NCBI GenBank assembly: GCA_965240325.2
Contig: OZ251240.1
Span: 1,488,001-1,552,000, forward strand
DNA length: 64,000 nt
Reading direction: 5' to 3'
Origin: Rebecca billardiae RCC1528
Taxonomy: Eukaryota; Protista; Haptophyta
In this document: one piece after another, positions 11,139 to 23,679 of the stretch
How the letters are laid out: each line of letters opens with the position of its first letter
Position numbering within the stretch: the stretch's first letter is position 1
Notes under the pieces: generated by a model
Seen by the model: the letters and a program-made list of their open reading frames with translations, nothing else
Databases searched by the model: none
Told to the model about the DNA's origin: nothing
Translations under genes and position numbers: made by a program

Positions 11139-11900
11139 TCAGAGAGAGTTGCGCGTCGCCCGTGCGCTCGCCCCGTCAGCGCTGGGAGCAGGAGGAGGGC
11201 GCAGTGGCAGGTCGCCCTGGCGGCCTCCGCGGCCGCCTCGCTGGTCGCCGGCTGGCGCGGCTGGTGTGCGGGCGGCCGCGGCCGCAGCGCGGGCGGCGCG
11301 GGGCTGCTTCTGGGCGAAGTGGGGAAGCACCCACTTGGCCGGGCCAGCTCGTCCCGAGTGTGCCGCAGCCGCTGCCTTCGCGAACATCTCGATCTCCTCC
11401 TTCGCCACGCCGACGAGATTCGCCTCTGGCTCCCACGACAGCGGCCACGGCTGGTTGCGCTGGCGACCAGCTGTGTCGTGCCAATCGACCAAGTACTCCG
11501 TCCGCGTCACCTGCTTGAGCGGACCCATCGAGCCGTCCGCTTGCGCCTCCTCGATCATCACCGGACGGTTCCTCCACCGCCCGACGATCGCGCGCACCAA
11601 GCCGCTGTCCTGCTCGTCGTCCAAGCAGAAGTTGTTGAAGCCCCAGCAGCGCAGACGCGGCACGCTGCCGTCGGAGGAGTCCACGATCAGCGGGTTGCGG
11701 CTCACGACAATCGGCAGGCGGATGGGGACAGCGCACGCGCCGCAGCCAGTGCGCGCGTGTGCCTCCGGGTCCCAGCACAGCAGCCCGGCGCACCTGCGCT
11801 GCGCGCGCTCCGCAGCGTACTTTTGCAGCCGCGATGATGCTTGACGAGCTCGGCCCTCCTTGGCGTCGTGCTGTGCGCGAGCGGCGGCTTTGAAGAGTTT
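11139..11900 (-). CDS. Chromodomain-containing ORF with a Cys cluster, probably transposon-associated; true start uncertain
   Basis: VRAIVGRW...TEYLVDW...SWEPEANL...EEIEMF matches the chromodomain consensus. Upstream Cys/His cluster (C-x4-C...H...CGAC). The 5' part of the track ORF (11900-12152) is tandem-repeat sequence. Confidence 0.55.
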   Translation of the reverse strand, partial: KLFKAAARAQHDAKEGRARQASSRLQKYAAERAQRRCAGLLCWDPEAHARTGCGACAVPIRLPIVVSRNPLIVDSSDGSVPRLRCWGFNNFCLDDEQDSGLVRAIVGRWRNRPVMIEEAQADGSMGPLKQVTRTEYLVDWHDTAGRQRNQPWPLSWEPEANLVGVAKEEIEMFAKAAAAAHSGRAGPAKWVLPHFAQKQPRAARAAAAAARTPAAPAGDQRGGRGGRQGDLPLRPPPAPSADGASARATRNSL

Positions 11901-11904
11901 GAAG

Positions 11905-12354
11905 CCCTCTTGGGGCGGGAGCACTAAGTAGCGGGGGCACCACGTCGGGCGCGAGAGCACCAAGTCGGGCCGGGCAGCACTACCTGTTCTGAGCGTGGGC
12001 TTGGTCACGGCTCGCTGGGCCTCCGGCCCTGCTCGGTAGGCAGCCGGCGCTCCGCGCCTCTGCCCCCAGGGTGCTACGCACCCGATTTTAAACCCCTCTT
12101 GGGGCGGGAGCACTAAGTAGCGGGGGCACCAAGTCGGGCGCGGGGGCACCACGTCGGGCGCGAGAGCACCAAGTCGGGCCGGGCAGCACTACCTGTTCTG
12201 AGCGTGGGAGTGGTCAGGGCCAGCTGGGCCAGTCCGGCCCTGCGGCTCGGTAGGCAGCTGGCGCTCCGCGCCTCTGCCCCCAGGGTGCTACGCACCCGAT
12301 GTTGGGGCGGGAGCGCTAAGTAGCGGGAGCACCAAGTCGGGCGCGGGGGCACCA
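11905..12354. repeat. ~190-200-bp tandem repeat, 2.3 copies
   Basis: TTGGGGCGGGAGC(A/G)CTAAGTAGCGGG(G/A)GCACCA recurs at ~11909, ~12099 and ~12303, with conserved downstream sequence in the first two copies. Confidence 0.9.
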
Positions 12355-12846
12355 TACCGTGCTCAGACGAGCACCTTCGGCTCTGCAGCACTTCGGGCGT
12401 CGTGACCGCGCGGTCGGCCGGTCCGCCGCCACCGTGACACGTGGCGCGGGCCTGAACGAATCCAATGGGCCGCTCATGCACGCACGCTGAGACATGTTGA
12501 TGAGCCATCCTGCGCAAGCCCAAATTGCCCACAGCAAAGTGGAGCGACGCCGACCCGAGTGCGTGCGGGCGCCCACGCGCACGGCACGACGAGCGACCGC
12601 CATCGTGGGCTTGTGGCTCACTGTTCAGTGCGTTCAGTCCGTTCAGTGGTGAGTCGGATTGAACAGACGAAAAGTCGATCCGGTCCGCCCTTAACATTTT
12701 CTTTTAAAAATCACCGCCCGGTTCAATGTCGTCGGAAATTCGGCAGCTGTTGGCTCGATGTTCAATCCCGGTTTTCGAGGAAATTGTTTTCACCAAAATA
12801 TGAGCGCGCCAAATTCTGGATTTTGTCCATCATTATTTTGACACTC

Positions 12847-13846
12847 ATTCTATGATTTAACGACACAGGTAGGACGACGCGGGTCTCCTGATTCGTCGGC
12901 GGCAGTGCCCGATCGTCGACACGAAGTCGGCGTTGGTGGCAGAGCATAGCCTGCACCGCGATCGTAAAGCTTGAGCGCGGCCTTGAGCTGCTGAAGCGCG
13001 ATCCACCTGCGCTGCGCGGCTCGCATGGACCTGCTGTGCCCCGAGCAAGGGCGAAAGTGCAGGTCCGGATGTCAGCTGGCAGTCTCAGCCGCGGGTAGCA
13101 GCTGGTCGTACCTGCCCCGTGCTCCCCGGGCGGTCGCGTACGCGCTTGCTGCTCGAGCCAGCTGGCTGGCTGGCGGCGGCTGGCGCTGCGGCGTCGTCCA
13201 GGGTGCGCTTTGCCCGCTGCGGCGACGCCTCCTCGTCGTCCAAGTCGTCGCCCGGGGGCGAGTCTCGGTCATCGTGGAGGGGGGCAGCAGGGGCTGGCGT
13301 GGGCGGTGCAGCGGTCGGCGCCAGGCGCGCCGCCTTGCGCGCCTGGCGTTCCTTGACGGCGCGGCTCGCCGAGGAGCGACGGCTCGATGGAGAACGAATC
13401 CGTCGGCCCTCGGCGTCGCGCCGTTGCCCGCGCTTCCCACGCCGGGGCTTCTTCTTCCGCTTCTGAGAGTGCTGCTGCTCGTCGTTTGCCTGCAGCACCT
13501 CAGCGTCCATGCCCTGCGCGGCGGGCGGGCGAACCGGCGGGGCCGGCTTGCGCGCTGCGCGCTGGGCGGTCGGCGGGGGAGCACGAGTAGGCGCGCCACG
13601 GCCTCCCTTGCGCCGCCGGCTGCCACCGGCGGGGGTTCCCTGTGGAGAAGCAAGGCCTGCATCCGTCACGGCCGTCGGCCACAGAGCCACAGTTCGCGTC
13701 AGACACGCGCCACCTGGCAGGGTGAGCTTCGCCATGCGTGAGAACCCATCTTTGGCGGTGCGCTTCTCTACGTCACGCACGTCGCGGTCGTAGAGGCGCA
13801 GCACGCCGTCCGATAGCCCCTCAGGCAAGGCGGTCGCGTCGAGCAT
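12847..13846 (-). mobile_element. Candidate element: orphan ORF 13085-13846 (253 aa, basic NLS-like KRKKKPRRGKR) upstream of the conserved terminal stem-loop motif at 12847-12897
   Basis: Terminal motif ATTCTATGATTTAAnGACACAGG...CTCCTGATTCGTC is shared with 24729 and 52469. Confidence 0.45.
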
Positions 13847-14526
13847 GACTCGTGGGTTGTCACGTGGCCATCGTGGTTCAGTGGGGACACTGGCTCACTG
13901 TTCAATCCCGCACGATTTTCGGGTTTTTTCCCATCAAAATGAGCATATCTCCCGGTGCATCTGGCAAGGAGCCCAGCCAATGGCGTGCCGTCAATGCCTA
14001 CCCAAGTTTACCCATAAATAAAAGTCGGGCACGGATAGCCTCTGCCCCTCATTGCTGGTGCCAGCCAGCCAGTGGCAGTGACCGGCAACAGCCGACGTCC
14101 GCAGCGGGCAGCGGCGCCAGCGCCAGCGGGCCCGCGCGGGCGCGGCTCTGACTCTGAGTCTGAATGTGAGAAGTGGCTGACGAGCCGAGCAACTGGCTTA
14201 CTCTGCCGGGAGTGACGAGTGATAAACGACTGCTGAGTGCTGATGTCCGAGTGTCACTCTCACTGTCACGGCTGCCGCGGATGCTGCCGCCATCACACTG
14301 CACTGACGTGCGCAGTCTCAGCTGCTGCCAGCAGCTGCTTCGCAAGCGTCAGGACCGCGCCGCGCATGCTGCAACAGCTGCAAGGCCGCGAGCCGAACAC
14401 GGTCCGTGTCACACCTCACGGGCGGGCACCGGGCTGGCCCGCGGCGCTGGCGCCGGTCCGGCGCCGGAGGCCCCGGCAATATACTGTGCTCGGCCGGGCC
14501 GGCGCGGGGCGGTGCGCGCGCCGCGA

Positions 14527-14772
14527 TCACAACTCGCCGCCAAAGCCCCTCGCCGGCGGGACGGGCGCGTCCGAGCCACCGACCGCCGCGCCGTGCGCGC
14601 CGCCGGCCGCGGACCCCTGCGAGCGCGCGGCGTGCAGCTCGGCGCGCTTCGAGATCGCCATCTCGGGCATCGAGAAGTCGTACGACGTCTGCTGCCCGGC
14701 CGAGCCGCCGGAGACGCGCGAGGTGGTGCCCGAGGCCGAGACGCTCTGCAGCGCAAAGCCCGAGCTGCCGCT

Positions 14773-14813
<41 letters not shown>

Positions 14814-17730
14814 TGCGCTGCCGCGCCGCCGCGCCGCCGCCGGCCGCGCCCGCGCCCGCGGCCGCGGCGGCGCCGCCGGCTGTGGGCGCAGCGCCGCTCG
14901 CGCCGGGCGCGCGCGGCGTGCTGCGCGGCGTGCTGCGCGGCGTGCTGCGCTGCGAGACGGTGGGCGCGCGCAGCGTCACCGTCTGCCGCAGTCCAAACGC
15001 CTCTTTCAGCCTTCCGAGCGCAGTGGCCTCGTTGAGCGAATCCTGCAGCGTGCGCTCGCCGTACCCGCGGTCGATCTCCGCGTAGATGTCGACGACGTTC
15101 GGGCGCAGCTGCGTGCGCACGAGCTCGAGCGCGAGGTCGAGCACCGCCGAGCCTCCCACCACCATCGCCGCGGTCAGCCAGAACGCCCAGTCCGACATGG
15201 CCTGCAGAGCGCGCGCGCGAACGCACCGCGCGGCGGCGGGGCGGGCGGCGTGGTGGCGCGGGGCGGGTCAGTGCCGGCGCGCGCGCGGGCCGGGCCGCCC
15301 GCGGCCGGGCCGCGGCGCGGCGCGCGCCACGAGCGCGGCTCGGCCAGCCAGCGCACGGCCAGCCCCCCTCGGCACCCGGCGCGGCGCCCAACCGCGCAGC
15401 GGCGGCGCGCCCCGGCGGCGCGCATTGCGCTTGCCTGCTCCGCCACGCCGTAAAAATCGTCGGAGAGCGGCAGCGTGTTCGAGTAAGCGAACAAAAAGCC
15501 AAAGTAGCCGAGCGTGTGCACCCACCACACTGCCTGGTTGATGGCCGTCCAGTAGTTCGTCTCGAGCCAGAGCTGCGCGGGGCAAGGGGTGGGGGGGGGG
15601 GGGGGGCAACCGGTGGGCGCGTGAGCCGCCGCGCCGCGTGCAACCGCGCCGCCCCGTCCGTCAGCGGACGACACGCCACGGCCGCCGGCCGGCACCCCGC
15701 GCGCGCGCGGCGCCTGCCGCGCCCCAAGCACGCGCCGCGCTGGCCGCACGCCGTCAGCATGGCCGCCCGCAGCGCGCAGAGGCGGCCTCACGCGCGGCAC
15801 GGGCCGCCGCGCGCCTCCGCGCACGCGTCCCCTCCGCCCTCCCCGTACCCCTTCCCGTCAGTACCCACCCACCTGCCACTGCAGGAGGAGGAACAGCCAC
15901 GTGTACACGGCCGTGCGCCCCCCACCCCGCCCCCGTACCCCTCCCCGCAATCACCCACGCACCTTCCACTGCATGATCAGGAACAGCCACGTGTACACGA
16001 CGGTACCCATCTCGTAGAGCCCGCCCTCGACGTAGGAGGCCGAGCCCGCCTGCGCGATCAGCACGATGACGACGGAGGTGAGCACGCCCTCGACGAGCGT
16101 GTTCACCACCTTGGACGTGTTCAGCTGCATGTTCGTGCGCCCTGCGCGCGCGCGGGCGGCGGCGGCGGCGGCGGCGCGCGCGCGTGTCGGCTCAGCGCGC
16201 CGCGCCGCGCGCGCGCGCTCGGCCAATGGCGGCGCTCCGCGGCGCCGCCCCCCGCCCGCCCCCACCCCTGCGCGCGCGGCTGAGGACGAGGGGGCCCGGG
16301 GCGAGGGTCTAGGGCGCGGGCGGCTCGGCGTACCGGTGACGTACAGCTCGGGCGAGGCGAGCGCCATCTGCTCCGACACGTCCTGCTCGAACGCGCCGGT
16401 GAAGATGATTGGCCAGAAGAGAATCACGTTGTAGCCGTTGGCGAGCAGCGTCTCGTAGAGAGACGTGCCGGACCAGTTGGTGGCGAAGTTGAAGATGAAG
16501 AGCGTGAGCGAGAGCACAAAGTTCTTGTAGTAGTAGTACAGCACCACCTGCGCGCGGGGTGCGGGTGCGGGTGAGGGGGTAGGCTCAGGGGTAGGCTGAG
16601 GGCAGGGGCGGCGCGCGCCGCGCCGGCAGCGCGCGCGCGGCTGCGCGCGCACCTTGCTCATGCGCACATAGTTCCAGCGGCCGTGCACGAGGAGTAGGCG
16701 CTCGAGGAAGCGGAACTGCGCGATCGCAAAGTCGGACGCGTTCACCGCCTGCCGCCCCTCCTTGCCCGAGATCCCCACGCCCACGTGCGACGACTGAATC
16801 ATCGACACGTCGTTCGCGCCGTCGCCGATCGAGAGCGTGAGCGGCTCGGGCGACACGCCGGTGCGCACGAGCTCGACCACCTTGGAGGGGTAGGGTTGGG
16901 GGTAGGGTTGGGGGTAGGGTTGGGGGTAGGGTTGGGGGTAGGGGGAGGGCGTGAGCGGCCGGGCTGCGCGGCGCCGCACGCCCGCCGGCCGCGCGCGCTG
17001 CCGCCGCCCTCCCCTGCCCATCCCTCGCCCGTGGCCCGCGGCGCGCGGCGCGCGAGTGCGCGTGCGTGCGCGCTCGCTCGGCCGGCGCCGCGCCCTCCCG
17101 TGGGTGGGCGCCCCGGTGCGCGCGCGCGAGTGCGCGCGAGGGAGGGAGGCGGGCGCGCGCGCACACCTGCGCCTTCTGCTTGGGCGAGACGCGGCACGCG
17201 AGCACGCTCGCGCACACGCGCCCGAGGTGGAGCAGCGCCTCGCGCAGCGCTGAGTCCTCCCAAATGATCGCGAGCGCGGCGCCGTCGACAACGAGGGCGA
17301 GGGTGGGTGACTCGAGCTCCGGCGCCTTGGCCGAGTGCGGCGAGCCGCCGGAGAGGCGCCACTGCAGCCGCGCGCGGCGCGACTCGGTCGCCTGCGCCCG
17401 GCGGCGGCGGCGCGGCGAGGCGCGGCGCGTGGGCGCGCGTGCGCGCGGGCACGCGCCGCGCGCCGCGCGCGCACGCACGCACGCGCGCGCGCATACACAC
17501 GCGCACGCGCGCGCGCGCACACACACACGCGCACACGCGCACACGCGCACAGCACAGCACAGCACACGCGCCGCGCACGCACCGAGAGCCGTGCGAAGAG
17601 CGACGTCATGGCGGAGACGGGCGCGCTGGCGCGCCGCGCGCCGTGCTCGGAGTCGGCCATGCTCGAATTGTTGCGCAGCGCCGGCCGCGTCCCCTGCGCC
17701 GCGCCGCCGCCGCTCGCGCCCGCCGCCGCC

Positions 17731-17764
<34 letters not shown>

Positions 17765-19731
17765 TGCCACTCGAGCCGGCCGAGCCGCCGACGCCGCGCA
17801 GCCCGAGCCGCTGCGCGACCTCGGGCTGCTCTGCGAGGTGCGGCATCTGCGCCAGGATCTGCGACGAGTAGTGCCGCGTGAGCTCGCGCAGCTGGCGCCG
17901 CAGCGACTCGGCCGTCGCGGGCGGCCCGTCGCCGTTCGCACTCACGCCGACGTAGAGCAACGTCATGGCCTCGGTGAGCAGCCGGCAGCTGTACCCGATG
18001 TTGACGGCCGTCTCGACCTTGTCCCCCGTCAGCACCCACACCTTGAGCCCGGCGCGCCGCAGATTCTCCAGCGTGCGCGGCACGCCGTCCTGCAGCCGGT
18101 CCTCGATCGCCGTGAGCCCGACAAGCGCAAGGTTCACTTCGATGGCCGCCGCCGCGTCGGCGAGGGCCTCGTCGCGCGCCTCGCGCGCGATCGACGCGGC
18201 GCGGTGGCGCGCGAGCCACTCCGTCGCCTGCGAGGCCGTGAGCGCGCGGCGCGAGAGCACGAGCGTGCGCAGCCCCTCGCGCGCATACATGCTCAGGTGC
18301 GCGTGCACGCGCTCCAGCTCGGCCGCGGGTGTGCGCGCGTCGAGTAGCGGCAGCAGCGTGGTGTCCGCGCCCTGCGCACGCGCGCGCGCGCGAGCGCGCG
18401 AGCGCGTGAGCGCGTGCGCGCGTGCGCGCGTGCGCGCGTGCGCGCGGGCGCGTGTGCGCGAGGGGACGCCCCCGCGGCAGGCCGCTCCGCGCCCTCGGCT
18501 GCTGGCGCACACGCGGCGCGCAGCCGCGGCAGCGGCGCGCGCGCGCGCGGCGCGGCGCGCAGCCGCGGCAGCGGCGGGCGCGCGCGCGGCGCGGCGCGCA
18601 GCGCGTGCGCGCACCTTGCAGTAGAGCACGTGGCTGCCGTCGGCGTGGCGCACGAGGCACGACATGCGCTTTCGCGTCGAGTTGAACTGGTTCACCGCGA
18701 GCACGGTGGCGCTCAGCTTGGCGCAGCCGGGCGGGAAGGGGAGGGCGGAGGCGGGCGGAGGCATCGCGCGCGCCGCGTCCGCGTCGGGCGGCGCGCCGCC
18801 GCCGCCGCCGCCGCCGCGCCGCGCCGCGCCGGCCGAGGAGCCGCCGCCGCCCTCGGCGCCCGCGCGGCGCGGCAGCGTGCGCTGGCTCTGCGGCGGCTGC
18901 GGCGGCGGCTTGCTCGCCGCGCCGCCCGGCTCGGCGGCGCCGTGGCCGTCGGCGGCGCCGTCGGCGCCGAGAGTTGGCACCGGCACAGAGCCCGAGCCCA
19001 CCGCCACGACAACCTCGTCGCCCGCGCGCCACAGCAGGCGGTACCCCACGCTCGCCGCCGCGTCCACCAGCGCCACCTCGTCCGGCGACTCGCCCTGGTA
19101 CTCAAGCTTACCCGCAATCACTTGCGGCAGCACCGTGTGGCACAGCGCGAGCACCTCGGCCGCGGCGCGCGCGCGGCCGGTGCTGTCGTCGTAGGCGGGC
19201 GACGAAGAAGCACGCGGCCACGCGGGTGCGGGCGCGGCGCTCGCGCTCGCGCCGCCGCCGCTCGGCGCGCCGCACCCGCACCCGCCCACGCGCGAGTGCG
19301 CCGCGGCCGGCGCGGGCGCGGGCACGTGCAGCAGCGAATCGAGCGGGACCGCTCGGTCGAACAGCGGCTGCGGCTGCTGCGCGCGCTCGTGCTGCCGCGC
19401 GGAGCCGCCGCCGCCCGAGTCGACAGACGAGCGCTGCCGCGCGCCGCCGCTCCCCGTCGCCGCCGCCGCCGCCGACGCCGCCGCCGCGCCGAACGTCTGG
19501 CCGAACGACTGCAGCACCGAGCTCGCCGTCGACGAGCGCCGCGACGCCGACTCATAGCTCGCGTTTCCCGAGCTGTCGACGCGCGCCGGGTCGGGGCCGC
19601 CGCCCATCGCGGAGACGCGGTCGGTGGCGCACGCGCCGCCGTCGCCGGCGCTCTGCCGCGGCGACGCGGCGCACTCCGCCCCGCTCCGCCGCGGCGACGC
19701 GCCGCCGTCCGCACCGCTCCGCCGCGCGCCC

Positions 19732-19788
<57 letters not shown>

Positions 19789-21479
19789 AGCTTTCCGATC
19801 GACGCGATGGTCGGCGCGCCGCCGCCGCCGCCGAGCAGCCCGCCGGCGGCGGGCGCGCCGGCGGGCGCGAGCGGCGCGAGCGAGACGTAGCGCAGCACCA
19901 TCTCGTTCGCCGTGAGCGTCCCCGTCTTGTCGGAGAACACGTACTGCACCTGCCCCAGCTCCTGGCACAGGTTGGACGAGCGCGCGACCGCGGGCGTGTC
20001 CGATGCCTGGTCGTACATGCCGCCGTCCTGCGTGATCAGGTACGCCTGCAGGAGGTTGACGAGCTCGATGGTGACGTAGAGCGAGATCGGGATGAGGAAG
20101 CAGTACAGGATGAAGAAGGTGACCCACTGGCTCACCACCGTCGGCAGGATGAACGAGTTCTTCTCCGCGTCGAGCAGGTACGGCAGCCGCGCGCTCCGAC
20201 CTTCCACCCAGCTCACCACGGCTGAGATGGTCGTGAGCGCGAGGTACGGGACCAGGATGGCGACGAGCGACTTGTTGATCGTCCTCTCGACGAGCGAGAG
20301 CTTGGACGGCGTGGCCTGCGAGTTGAGCGCCACCTTGGTCTCCCGCCCCGTGTACACCGCCACCGCCAGCAGCCACTCCACGTTCCGCACCACCGAGCCC
20401 CGCAGCAGCAGCTGCGCCTCCGAAAGCCCGATCTCGCCGCCCGCGACGCCCTCCACGCGGATCGAACCCTGGAAGGAGTGGATGTGGCGGGACGGGCCCT
20501 CGAACGAGACGGTGCCGCGCACGCCCGAGTCCTGGCTCGCGCCGAGCGCCTTGGACACCGGCTGGGCGCGCGGATGCACGCGCGCACGCGCACACACACA
20601 CACGCGCGCGCGCGGCGGAGGGCAGGCGCGCGCGCCGAGCGCGTGGCGTGACGAGCGAGCGCGCGCGGCCGGGCGGGCGGGCGGGCGGGCGCGGAGGCGC
20701 ACGCGGAGGCGTCGGGGGAAGGCGTCGGCGCGTGAGAGAGCGCGCTCGCGCGAGCAGCGCGCACGGGCGCGCACGGCGCGCGGCAGGCACGCGGCGCGGC
20801 GGCGGCGGCGCGGCGGCAGCGGCGGCGCGGCGCGGCGGCGCGGCGGCAGCGGGCGGCGCGGCGGCGCGGCGGCGCGGCGGCGCGGCGGCGCGGCACGCAC
20901 CAGCGGCGCCTCCTTGAGCTTGAGATTGGTCTCGCCGTCGATGTTGGCCGTGTCGACGTACGCGACGCCGTTCGCCGCGCTCGACGTGAGCAGCACCGCG
21001 TCCGCCGGCACCGCCTCGCGGTCGTGCAGAATCAGCAGGTCGCCGACCGCAATGTCCTTCCGCGGGAGCGTGCGCCGCGTGGGCGCGCGCGCGAGCACGG
21101 GCGTCGAGTTCTCGCGGCGGTCGGAGCGGAAGCGCTTGAGGTCCTCGAAGCCCTCCTTCACCGCGGTGAGCGCCATCACCAGCGCGAGCGTGCCCGCCGT
21201 CGACCACGAGTCGTACGGCGTCACCCAGAGGTACGGCGCGTTCTCGGCAATCAGCATCAGCGCCGACACGAAGAGGTAGTAGACGTTGGCGGAGCGGCGG
21301 AGCTGCTCGAGGATGGCCCACGGGAACCAGGGCTTGCCCTCGCGGAGCGAGTACTTCACCGTCGAGATCGAGTTGTCCACGCCCACGCTGCCCCGCGTCT
21401 GCGCGTCGCAGATGTTGACGGTGCGCCATTCGGCGCGGCCGTTCGTCGAGTGGCGCCTCCTGCGCAGCCAGGCGAACAT
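14527..21479 (-). CDS. P4-type ATPase (phospholipid flippase), 9 exons
   Basis: DTANIDGETNLK, IPISLYVT, FSDKTGTLT (phospho-Asp), ESPDEVAL, YCKGADT, EGLRTL, IEDRLQDGV, WVLTGDK, CRVSPKQKA, IGDGANDVSMI, RFLERLLLVHG. Exons 21479-20901, 20561-18615, 18371-17583, 17391-17167, 16880-16653, 16547-16334, 16141-15963, 15572-15435, 15201-14527. Confidence 0.93.
16891..16938. repeat. (TAGGGTTGGGGG)4 G-rich minisatellite in a flippase intron
   Basis: Four exact 12-bp units, ending 8 bp from the AG acceptor at 16882-16881. Confidence 0.95.
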
Positions 21480-22509
21480 GCCGCAGCCCGACGGCGTGGC
21501 GGTCGCCGGGGCGGCGCCACGCACGCCCTGGGGGCGAACGCGGGCTATGGCCCTCGCCGCTGCGCAGCACCCTCCCGGTGCTGCGCGCCCGGATGCAGGG
21601 AAGAGGGGGCGGGCGCCGCCTTCGCAACTCTCTTGCTGCCTCCCTGGGCAGTGCTTGCTATGCGATACCCGGCGACACACCTGCCATCAGTTATCGGGCG
21701 GAGCAGTCCGGGAGGTCGCTGCCGCGCAGTCCTGCTGCCCCGAGATCTGAAATCTCCCCAGCCCCACGAGCTCGACATGCAATTACTGCCGTCGCCCGAA
21801 TAGGCGGCCCGAACATGATTTGAACAAATAGGCTGGGCTCGGACCGCCTTTCGTCAATCCACGCCGCGTGGGGCTCACCCACCACATCGTCCGTGCCAGC
21901 TTGGCGATGGCGAGCGCATGGCACCCGCATGAAAGGCCTGGGCGGTAGCCTAAGCCGCTCACGCCGCCGCCGTCTGATAACTCCGCCGCCAGCGCGGCCA
22001 CTCTCACGGTCACGGCTCCAGTTCACAGTGGCTCTGAGTCGGCGGGTCACGTCGCCGACGTGGTTGCTGCTTGTGCGCGCCGATACCTGCCTGTGCCATT
22101 CGACATAGATGCCGTCTGCCTCCGCCAGCGTTGAGAACGCCGTGCTCTTCCCTGATGTCGATGACGTACGTGTGCGCAGTCACCCGCGCCAGCGTGGCCC
22201 CGCGCCGTGTTCCGCGATGCGCCGCCGGGTGCGTACGGCACCTGTACCGCTGCCGCTGACATGGACTTGGTGCTGAGGCATCGGACCAAGGTGTGTCGGA
22301 CTTCAAGAGGGTGGGCAGCTGCAGTAGCTAGCTACTGCATACCGTCGTGCACGTGTCGCGCCGGCCGTCGAGCGGCGTGCCGGATGCTTTTCCGCGCTGC
22401 CATTTTCTCGCGCAGCTTTCCTTTGAGTGCTCCGGACGGGGAGGCGGGCGCGCGCGCGCGCCCGCGCGCCCGCTCGCAACCGCGCGTGTCGGGAGGGGCT
22501 CGGGCCGCC

Positions 22510-23648
22510 ATGCAGATGCCCTGGCACCGACGCCCGACGCATGAGGTCGACGAGGAGCTGGTCGCGCTGCGCGCGGCGCACTCCGAGGCCGACCTCGCGC
22601 CCGAGCCCAGCGCGCGCCCCGCGCTCGCCGAGCGGCTCGCGCCGCACGAGCCGCCGGGCGTGCCTCCGCTCGGGCTGCTCGCCGGCTGCGCGATGAACCT
22701 GATGGCGGGCGCGCCGTACGCGTTCGGCACGTACGCGCACGACCTCAAGCTCACGCTCGGCCTCTCGCAGGTGCAGATGGCGCGCATCGGCGTCGCCTTC
22801 GACCTCGGCCTGTACCTCGTGCAGCCCTTCACCGGCGTCTTCTTCGACGCGGTCGGCACGCCGATCACGGCGGCGCTGGCGGCGAGCGCGATCGGCCTGG
22901 GCAACGTGCAGATCGCCGCGGGCCTCGCGCGCGCCGAGCGCGGCGACCGGCGGCCGCACGTGGCCGAGCTCGCGCTCGCCTTCATCGGCGCCGGCATCGG
23001 CTGCGCGCTCGCGTGCGTGTGCGCGCTCGGCACGAACGTGAAGCGCGCGCGGCCGGCGCGGCGCGCGCGCGTCGTCAGCCTGCACTCCGCGTGCTTCGGC
23101 CTCTCGTCGCTGCTCGTGGTGTGCCTGTACCGCCCGCTCTCGCGCGACGGCGCCGCCCTCTCGCACTTCTTCTCCGCGTGGGCGGGCCTCGGCGCGCTCA
23201 TCGTCGGCGGCGGCGGCGCGCTCCTCTCGTCCAAGCGCGGCGGCGCGCGATCTCGGCCGCGAGATCGCGCCGGCGCCGACGCGGACGACGACGACGACGA
23301 CGGCGGCGGCGGGAGCGGAGGGGCGGAGGGGCGGCGCGGCGGCGCGGCGATGAGCGCCGCGGGCGACGGCTTCGCGCACGGGCACGGGGGCAAGGATGAC
23401 GCCGCCGCCGCCGCGGCCGCCGCCGCCCTGGCAGCGCGCGGCGCGGCGGGCGGCGCGGACGCGGACGCGGACGCGGACGCAGAGGAGGGCGGCGGCGGCA
23501 TCGGCGCCGGCGGCGCTCGCGCGCCGCCGGACGGGCCGCGGCTCGAGGGCGGCGCCGACGGCGCGCTCGCGGAGGGCGACGAGCGCGACGCCGACGGGAA
23601 TGCGCGCAGGCGCACGCGCAGCGGCGGCGACAGCGCCGAGCTTGGCCT

Positions 23649-23679
<31 letters not shown>

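Noticed and set aside
15951-21680. 1909-aa single-exon ATPase as given in the ORF track
   Set aside because: It reads through several introns and one exon (17391-17167) lies in another frame. The spliced model restores the motifs.
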